Below, piece by piece: positions 7,048 to 12,294 of a stretch of DNA of 12,294 bases (positions within the stretch are counted from its first letter, which is position 1; each line of letters begins with the position of its first letter). The notes under the pieces were generated by a model that was given only the letters and a program-made list of their open reading frames with translations, made no database searches and had not been told where the DNA came from. The position numbers and the translations under genes were made by a program. Origin of the DNA: Myxococcota bacterium (GTDB lineage Bacteria; Myxococcota; XYA12-FULL-58-9; JALHOP01); contig JBGGMJ010000208.1 in assembly GCA_041288095.1 (NCBI GenBank), positions 1-12,294 on the forward strand, read 5' to 3'.

Positions 7048-7257
7048 ATGAGTGGCCAAGCACTATTCGACGGGTGCAAAGTTTTCAGTGCGACCAAGCA
7101 GAAGGATCGCGACGAGCTGGGCGAAACAGCGACGCGGTGGCTCAACGAGAACAAGAGTCGCGTCGAGATCGTCGACAAGACGGTCACGCAGAGCTCGGAC
7201 AACGAGTATCACTGCCTGACCATCATCGTGTTCTACCGGTACCGCAACCCACAGTGA
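7048..7257 (+). CDS. Small conserved hypothetical protein (69 aa)
   Basis: GGAAGG upstream of ATG 7048, GC3-rich codons, and an exact fit between the dsbA-like stop and the thioesterase start. The sequence FDGCKVFSATKQKDRDELGE..TRWL..IVDKTVTQSSDNEYHCLTIIVFY matches a small uncharacterised myxobacterial family as I recall it (not searched). Confidence 0.85.
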   Translation: MSGQALFDGCKVFSATKQKDRDELGETATRWLNENKSRVEIVDKTVTQSSDNEYHCLTIIVFYRYRNPQ

Positions 7258-7736
7258 TTGCGGAACGTCGCACCCCCGAAGCATCAGCGGTCGAAACCAC
7301 GCACCTCGTCTTGCCGCCCGATACCAACGCGCACGGTACCGCGTTCGGCGGACGCATCATGGAGTGGATGGACATTACGGCGTCCATCGCCGCCGGCCGC
7401 CATTGCAGACAAGGCACCGTCACCGCCAACGTCGATGACCTGACCTTCGAGCGGCCCATCCGCTTGGGCGACATCGTCGTGGTGCGCGCGCGCGTGAACT
7501 ACGCCGGCAAGACCAGCATGGAGATCGGCGTCCGTGTCGAGCGCGAGGAGCGCAAGAGCGGCGTGCGCGAGCACTGCCTCACCGGGTACTTCACCTTCGT
7601 CGCGGTCGGTGCCGACGGAAAGCCCACGGGGGTGCCGCCCATCGAGCCAGAGACCGAGATCGACAAGCGGCGCTTCCACGATGCGCTGGCGCGACGCCAG
7701 GTACGGCTCGACAGGCGCGCGCGTAAGACACCCTAG
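7254..7736 (+). CDS. Acyl-CoA thioesterase, hotdog fold (YciA-like)
   Basis: LVLPPDTNAHGTAFGGRIMEWMD motif, VTANVDDLTFERPIRLGD, GKTSMEIGVRV, and YFTFVAVGADGKPTGVP. GTG 7254 overlaps the upstream TGA (GTGA). Confidence 0.95.
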   Translation: MIAERRTPEASAVETTHLVLPPDTNAHGTAFGGRIMEWMDITASIAAGRHCRQGTVTANVDDLTFERPIRLGDIVVVRARVNYAGKTSMEIGVRVEREERKSGVREHCLTGYFTFVAVGADGKPTGVPPIEPETEIDKRRFHDALARRQVRLDRRARKTP

Positions 7737-8197
7737 AAGCGAAACAGCGCGCGGCCGTGACTGAGCCCCGGCCAGGGTATGCCGATGGCAATCAGCGCCA
7801 CGAAGACGGCGACCCCGATGGCCATGCGGCGATGAGCGTGTCGGCCCGAGCTCGCCTTGCGCGCCCGAGCGACGCTGATGTGCGCGGCGACGGCGGCCAG
7901 GATCATGACGGTCGTGTGCTCCACGGTGAAGAAGCGGAGCTGCGTGTCTTTCATGGCTTCGCCCATGTTGCGGATCGCCGTGGTGGTGATCGGGCTCAAG
8001 AAGAAGAGCATCAGCAAGCCGAGCGTCACTTGCAGATCGACGCTCCCCGCGAAGGCGCGCGCGAGCTTGTTGTCGAGCGCGCCCCAGGGCTCGTCCGTGC
8101 GCAGGCCACGGATGGCGCGGACCAAGAGGGTGAGGGCCAGGATGATGACGACCCATCGCCACCACGAATGCACGTTCAAGACGATCGCATAGAGCAT
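7733..8197 (-). CDS. Conserved ~4-TM membrane protein (154 aa) with conserved His residues, possibly cytochrome b-like
   Basis: ATG 8197 preceded by GGAGATGAGG. Four hydrophobic stretches. Motifs HSWWRW, DLQVTLGL, RFFTVEH..VM, and IPWP..RALF. The track's extension to 9025 is the antisense shadow of the next gene. Confidence 0.85.
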   Translation of the reverse strand: MLYAIVLNVHSWWRWVVIILALTLLVRAIRGLRTDEPWGALDNKLARAFAGSVDLQVTLGLLMLFFLSPITTTAIRNMGEAMKDTQLRFFTVEHTTVMILAAVAAHISVARARKASSGRHAHRRMAIGVAVFVALIAIGIPWPGLSHGRALFRF

Positions 8198-8227
8198 CAG
8201 AGCCTCATCTCCAGGCGCGAGAAGGGT

Positions 8228-8233
8228 TAGATT
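8228..8233 (+). promoter_or_regulatory. -10-like hexamer TAGATT, 6 nt before ATG 8240 (candidate leaderless start)
   Basis: TANNNT consensus in the 42-nt divergent spacer. Confidence 0.5.
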
Positions 8234-8239
8234 CCTACC

Positions 8240-9013
8240 ATGCCGACGCCATTGGATGACGCCCTCGATAAGCTCTTTGTGGCACCGCTCGACGAATTCA
8301 TGGCGACGCGCGAGACGCTCGCCAAAGACCTGCGGAGCGCGGGCCAAAAAGAGGCGGCGGCAACGGTCAAAGCCCAGCACAAGCCGACCGTCGTGGCCCA
8401 TGCGTTGAACCGGTTGGCGCGCGAAGCGGGAGCCGAGCTCGCAACGCTCTTCGAGGTGAGCCGGCAGCTCGCGTCCGGCAAGGATTTCAAGAACGCCCTG
8501 GAGCGGCAGCGTGAAGCCTTGGAGGCCGTGCGGGCGAAGGCCGATGCGAGCCACGCACAGGACATCGTGCACGTGCTGCGCGGCGCGATGGTCGACGCAG
8601 GGCTCGCCCAGCAGGTGAAGACTGGACGCTTCTCGAAAATACCCGAGGTGCAGGTCGGATTTTTCGGCGCCGCGCCCGAAGCAGGCGCGCGGCCGCAGGC
8701 GAAGAGCAAGGCTCCGGCGAATCCGGCAAAGGCCGAGGCGCCTCTGCCCCAGATCGACCGCACCGAGCTGACGCGCGCGAGGGCCGCTCGGGACAAAGCA
8801 AAGCTGGAGGCCGACCGCGACAAGGTCGAGCAGGAGAAGCAAGCCCGAGAGAAGGCGGAGCGCTTCGAGCGTGAGCTCGAGGCGGCGGAGCAAGAGGTCG
8901 CGAGGTTGTCCGCGGCGGCGGATGAGGCGGAGCGTGAGGCCTTGGAAGCGCGGCGCATTGCCCGAGAAGCGGCGGCGAAGATGAAAGCCATCAAAGCGCG
9001 GCGGTGGGACTGA
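8240..9013 (+). CDS. Conserved hypothetical protein with a helical N-terminal domain and a C-terminal coiled coil
   Basis: The N-terminus LFVAPLDEFMATRETLAKDLRSAGQKEAAATVKAQHKPTVVAHALNRLAR resembles a widespread uncharacterised family (from memory). It is followed by an Ala/Pro/Lys linker and an E/A/R/K-rich heptad tail. Strong GC3 bias. Confidence 0.85.
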   Translation: MPTPLDDALDKLFVAPLDEFMATRETLAKDLRSAGQKEAAATVKAQHKPTVVAHALNRLAREAGAELATLFEVSRQLASGKDFKNALERQREALEAVRAKADASHAQDIVHVLRGAMVDAGLAQQVKTGRFSKIPEVQVGFFGAAPEAGARPQAKSKAPANPAKAEAPLPQIDRTELTRARAARDKAKLEADRDKVEQEKQAREKAERFERELEAAEQEVARLSAAADEAEREALEARRIAREAAAKMKAIKARRWD

Positions 9014-9066
9014 GACAGCTGACATTCTGGCACAACGACAGGACGCGATCGCCGATACACCGCCAT

Positions 9067-9423
9067 ATGACGACTCAAAAAGTGGACGGGCGGCAGGTGC
9101 TGCAGGTGTTGCAGCAGCATGGGCAAGTGGCTGGAGCGGTTCTCACGAAGGCGCTCGAGAACTTCGATGGGCCCTGTAAAGAAGCAGTCGCCAAGGCGGC
9201 ACCGGGTGCGACCGACATCACGCTGCACGGCTACAGCGCCGCCGAGCCCACCGCCGACAAGTTCGAGCTGGTGGCGCACTACGCCGCGAAGGTGAAGGGC
9301 GAGACGGTGAGCGTCGATGTACCCGTGACCCTGACGGGGCCTTCGGTGACCGCGCTCTGCACCACGTTGTGCATGTTGCCGGCGGCGATTGCCCAGGCTC
9401 AGGGCGCCAAGAACGCCGGGTAA
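9067..9423 (+). CDS. Hypothetical protein (118 aa)
   Basis: ATG 9067 to TAA 9423, GC3-rich codons, globular-looking sequence, fills the gap between two + genes. No motif recognised. Confidence 0.7.
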   Translation: MTTQKVDGRQVLQVLQQHGQVAGAVLTKALENFDGPCKEAVAKAAPGATDITLHGYSAAEPTADKFELVAHYAAKVKGETVSVDVPVTLTGPSVTALCTTLCMLPAAIAQAQGAKNAG

Positions 9424-9486
9424 TGCGACGTGTCACACGATCATGTAGACGGATTCCGAAAACGGTGATCAATTGCGCGCCGTTTG

Positions 9487-11880
9487 ATGGCCGCCACCAT
9501 CCATCGGAGCCGCGCCGCTCTTACGTTTGCGACTTTCATGTTCGCGATGGCGGCGTGTGACGCGCCGACGACCGAACCGCTAGAGCAGACACCAGAGACA
9601 ACGGTCGCGCGGCCCGCGCGCACGCAGAGCCTGGCGCTGCAGATCGGTGATGACGTGGCGCCGGCGGTGAGGGAGCGCCTCGCGACACTCTTGGCCCTGG
9701 TGCCTACTCTCGAGGTGGCGGTGATCGAAGCGGACGCGGATCCGCGACGCACTGGCAAACGCATCGTCGTCGGCATCGGCGACACCGCGGCGACACGACT
9801 GCTGATTCGCCGGGCGCAGGTGGAGCAGCTCGGTTCCGAGGGCTTCGTCATCGCTGGCGACGACGAAGGCGACACGCGCTACCTCGCGGCTTGGGGCAAT
9901 CCGCGGCGCGGGCACGCGGGCCAGAACATCGGTAACGGCTTCGCGGCCTACGCGCTGCTCGAGCGTCTGGGCTTTCGCTTCCTGCACCCGCTCGCGCCGG
10001 AAGCCCCGACGGAGCTCGCCACGACCGGCGCCTTCACCACGACGGAGAGACCGCGGCTGGCGACGCGCGGCATTCACTTGCACACCATGCATCCCATCGA
10101 GCTCACGCACGTGCTCAACGGCTGGGGGCCGGACTGGCCGGACGACGGCGACGGCTTCGACGAGCTGACCGGCGAATGGGCCCTCTACCTCGAGTGGCTG
10201 CTCGCCAACCGACAGAACACGGTCGAGTGGGTCTTGCTCGAGGCGGATGCTTGGCTTGCTTTCTCGCGCGGGGATACGCGCCGGGAACGGCTCGCAACCT
10301 TGAACGCGATGGCGGACGCACACGGGATCACGACGGTGGCGAGCGCGGCGCTGCGACTGCGGCAGCAACACGCGTTTCGCCTCATCCCGGACGGTGGCGA
10401 CGCCGAGGCGCAACACCAACAGTTGCGCGCCACCATCGATTGGCTCGCCGGCGCCGGGTTCGACGCCGTGAGCACCGAGGCGGGCACGAGCGAGTTCACC
10501 CACGAAGCCGCGGAGCTCATGCTCGGCACCATGGACGAGCTCACGCGTTACGCGAACGACGTCCACGGCATGCCGACCTCGATCAAGGTGCACACCTCGA
10601 CCGGACAATACGTGCCCGGCTTCGTCGACCCGGTGAGTGGCGGCGAGCTCAACATCAACTTTCTGCCTTATTACGCCGACCCGCGTCTTGGCGTTCTGCC
10701 GCACACCGTCCAGCACTACGGGCTCGACGATCCCGCGCCCACCTACGGCAACGCCGACTTCTCGAGCATCCTGCGCTTCGCCGAACGCACCAGCGGACAA
10801 CGCGAGGTCATCTGGTATCCCGAGACCGCCTACTGGGTGAGCTTCGACATCGACGTGCCGCTCTTCTTGCCGGTTTACGCCGAGCGACGGGTCCACGACT
10901 TGCGACTGCTCGAGGCCGCCGGAGTCGAGCTCGGCGGCCAGATGCTGTTCTCGAGCGGCTGGGAGTGGGGCTACTGGCTCAACGACGTGGTCGCGGCACG
11001 CGCGGCGTGGAACGCGCCGCACGAGGCGCTGAGTGACGACGATGCATTCGCGCAGGTCCTGAATGAGATCTTCCCAGGCGACGGGCCGCTGGTCGACGCG
11101 CTCGTGGCCATCGCCCACCACCAACACGAGCTCCTCATCTTGGGTCGGCACGGGCTCCAGGCACCGACGACGGTTGTCCGCCGTAACGGGCAGGCGTATT
11201 TGCAGGGCTTCGAGGCGTTCGACGACGTCGCGGACCTCGCGGACGATACCGGCCTCGCGGGCCGTCTGCGCACCCAACCCGACAAGCTCGGGCTCGTCGA
11301 AATGCAGAACCCATTCCACGCCGCGCCCGCCGTCGACGAGATCGACGATCTCCTGCGCGCCATGGAGCGAACCTTCGCGAGCGACGCGGCGGACCTCGAG
11401 GACCTCACCGCGGGCCGGCCGCACGTCGCCGAGCTCGCCCAAGCCATGCGCATGACCGCGTGGCGCGCCGAGCAGGTTCACTCCCTGTACTCGTTCGCGG
11501 ATGGCCGGGGTGACGCTCACCTCGCCAACGCCAGGCGCGTCCTCGACCGCGCGCTCGAGCTGACACGCGCGCACGCGTATCACGCCGACGCGGAGCGCAT
11601 CGCCGGCTGGGGCATGAACCCAACCGCCTACCGCTTCGGCTATCTGTGGACGGCGCGCAGCCTCTACTACTGGTTCCGCGACGAGGCGAAGGCCGACGTG
11701 CGACCGCTCTCGCCCTGCTACCTGAACATCATGGACTTCCTCGAGATTGGCTTCGGCGAAGGGCTCAGCGGCGCCGCCGAGGACATGGTGCGCGCATTGT
11801 CGGCGGTGCCGGTCGTTGGGTCGCTGGCGGAGTGTTTGGTTGATCCGCGATCGGCTCCGGCGCTCGGCGGTTGGCGCTAG
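9487..11880 (+). CDS. Large lipoprotein (~797 aa) with glycoside-hydrolase-like architecture (hexosaminidase-domain-2-like N-domain + putative TIM barrel); function unknown
   Basis: Leader ending in FAMAA-C (lipobox). LGSEGFVI...GNGFAAYALLERLGFRFLHP...ERPRLATRGIHLH...WLLANRQN follows the pattern of the N-domain/barrel junction seen in GH20/GH67/GH89/GH115-type enzymes. Strong GC3 bias. The exact start is uncertain. Confidence 0.75.
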   Translation: MAATIHRSRAALTFATFMFAMAACDAPTTEPLEQTPETTVARPARTQSLALQIGDDVAPAVRERLATLLALVPTLEVAVIEADADPRRTGKRIVVGIGDTAATRLLIRRAQVEQLGSEGFVIAGDDEGDTRYLAAWGNPRRGHAGQNIGNGFAAYALLERLGFRFLHPLAPEAPTELATTGAFTTTERPRLATRGIHLHTMHPIELTHVLNGWGPDWPDDGDGFDELTGEWALYLEWLLANRQNTVEWVLLEADAWLAFSRGDTRRERLATLNAMADAHGITTVASAALRLRQQHAFRLIPDGGDAEAQHQQLRATIDWLAGAGFDAVSTEAGTSEFTHEAAELMLGTMDELTRYANDVHGMPTSIKVHTSTGQYVPGFVDPVSGGELNINFLPYYADPRLGVLPHTVQHYGLDDPAPTYGNADFSSILRFAERTSGQREVIWYPETAYWVSFDIDVPLFLPVYAERRVHDLRLLEAAGVELGGQMLFSSGWEWGYWLNDVVAARAAWNAPHEALSDDDAFAQVLNEIFPGDGPLVDALVAIAHHQHELLILGRHGLQAPTTVVRRNGQAYLQGFEAFDDVADLADDTGLAGRLRTQPDKLGLVEMQNPFHAAPAVDEIDDLLRAMERTFASDAADLEDLTAGRPHVAELAQAMRMTAWRAEQVHSLYSFADGRGDAHLANARRVLDRALELTRAHAYHADAERIAGWGMNPTAYRFGYLWTARSLYYWFRDEAKADVRPLSPCYLNIMDFLEIGFGEGLSGAAEDMVRALSAVPVVGSLAECLVDPRSAPALGGWR

Positions 11881-11928
11881 GGCGTGACGTTGCCGCTTGC
11901 GAGCCGTTTTAGCGTCTGCTGTTTGGGG

Positions 11929-11950
11929 CCTCGGTGGATCTGCACCGAGG
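11929..11950. terminator. Perfect 8-bp hairpin between convergent genes (possible terminator or structural element)
   Basis: CCTCGGTG-GATCTG-CACCGAGG. There is no adjoining U-tract on either strand, so it is not a canonical intrinsic terminator. Confidence 0.35.
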
Positions 11951-12041
11951 GGGTTGAGGAGACCCGGTGGCCTTCGCCGGCTTTGGGGCTGTGCTTTCTG
12001 CATGAGCCGGAGGGGTTGTGCTGCGCTGCCGGGGGCTTGGA

Positions 12042-12294
12042 CTATGTCGGTGTGTCCGCTTGGGCGGAATGCGCGTCAACGCGCATTTTGGTGAAGTTGC
12101 GGGCTTGGTTATGGGCGCGGCAGTAGAGGCGGAGATTCGAAGTCCTGGTTTCACCTCCGTCGGCGAACGTGATCTTGTGATCGAACTCGATCCAGGCGGT
12201 TGCGCTGCAGCGCTTGCCTGCGGCGCTGACGAAGGCACAGCGGTCGCCGTCGCGCTCCGAGACTTCGCGGCGGGTCGGCGCTCCTGGGGCACGT
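12042..12294 (-). CDS. HNH endonuclease domain protein, C-terminal part (5' end outside the window)
   Basis: Translated by hand from 12293: RAPGAPTRREVSERDGDRCAFVSAAGKRCSATAWIEFDHKITFADGGETRTSNLRLYCRAHNQARNFTKMRVDAHSAQADTPT*, with TAG at 12042-12044. It has the RD..RC...C, FDH...GG...NL..C..HN signature. Not in the ORF track, which shows a different frame. Confidence 0.92.
   Translation of the reverse strand, partial: RAPGAPTRREVSERDGDRCAFVSAAGKRCSATAWIEFDHKITFADGGETRTSNLRLYCRAHNQARNFTKMRVDAHSAQADTPT

Noticed and set aside
7074..7253. N-terminal extension of the thioesterase to 7074
   Set aside because: Overlaps the 69-aa gene in another frame; the hotdog domain starts right after GTG 7254.
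3545..8230. Other overlapping ORFs in the track (e.g. 3545-4534 -, 4799-5308 -, 6148-6945 -, 7284-8165 -, 7757-8230 +)
   Set aside because: All lie antisense or out of frame to well-supported genes and have Arg-rich, motif-free translations.
8198..9025. 430-aa version of the membrane protein
   Set aside because: The upstream 276 codons are the antisense of the coiled-coil gene; a good RBS precedes ATG 8197.
9027..9045. CTGGCAC as a sigma54 -24 box upstream of the 118-aa gene
   Set aside because: No TTGC/GC -12 element at the required spacing (the sequence continues AACGACAGG).
9580..12003. 807-aa - strand ORF
   Set aside because: Antisense shadow of the 9487-11880 lipoprotein; Arg/Val/Gly-rich with no motifs.
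11922..12039. CRISPR or mini-array interpretation of the repeats next to the HNH gene
   Set aside because: Only two degenerate copies with variable internal spacing, no identical repeats and no cas genes in the window.
11909..12292. 127-aa Pro/Ser/Ala-rich - strand ORF
   Set aside because: Wrong frame; the HNH motifs lie in the frame ending at TAG 12042-12044.

Overview
High-GC chromosomal window, probably from a myxobacterium-like (Myxococcota) genome. That assignment is inferred from the Cys-rich lipoprotein style, a small protein family I recall from myxobacteria, and the HNH type. It is densely coding and dominated by cell-envelope genes. In order: (-) a 2Fe-2S ferredoxin translationally coupled to a TPR-like + SLT lytic transglycosylase that runs off the left edge and is missing from the ORF track; (+) a 53-Cys lipoprotein with a disintegrin-like segment and a LamG/ConA-like C-terminus; (+) an exported sulfatase-like enzyme with Thr at the nucleophile position; (+) a DsbA-family lipoprotein, a 69-aa protein and a hotdog acyl-CoA thioesterase; (-) a 4-TM His-containing membrane protein; (+) a coiled-coil hypothetical; (+) a 118-aa hypothetical; (+) a ~797-aa lipoprotein with glycoside-hydrolase-like architecture; and (-) the C-terminus of an HNH endonuclease at the right edge, also missing from the ORF track, followed by a skewed, partly duplicated non-coding tail. 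Several starts look leaderless. I saw no tRNA/rRNA, CRISPR array or transposase. I cannot claim a clear-cut new system. The best leads are the ferredoxin-SLT coupling, the Cys-rich adhesin/Thr-sulfatase/DsbA cluster, the uncharacterised GH-like lipoprotein and the HNH plus its tail.
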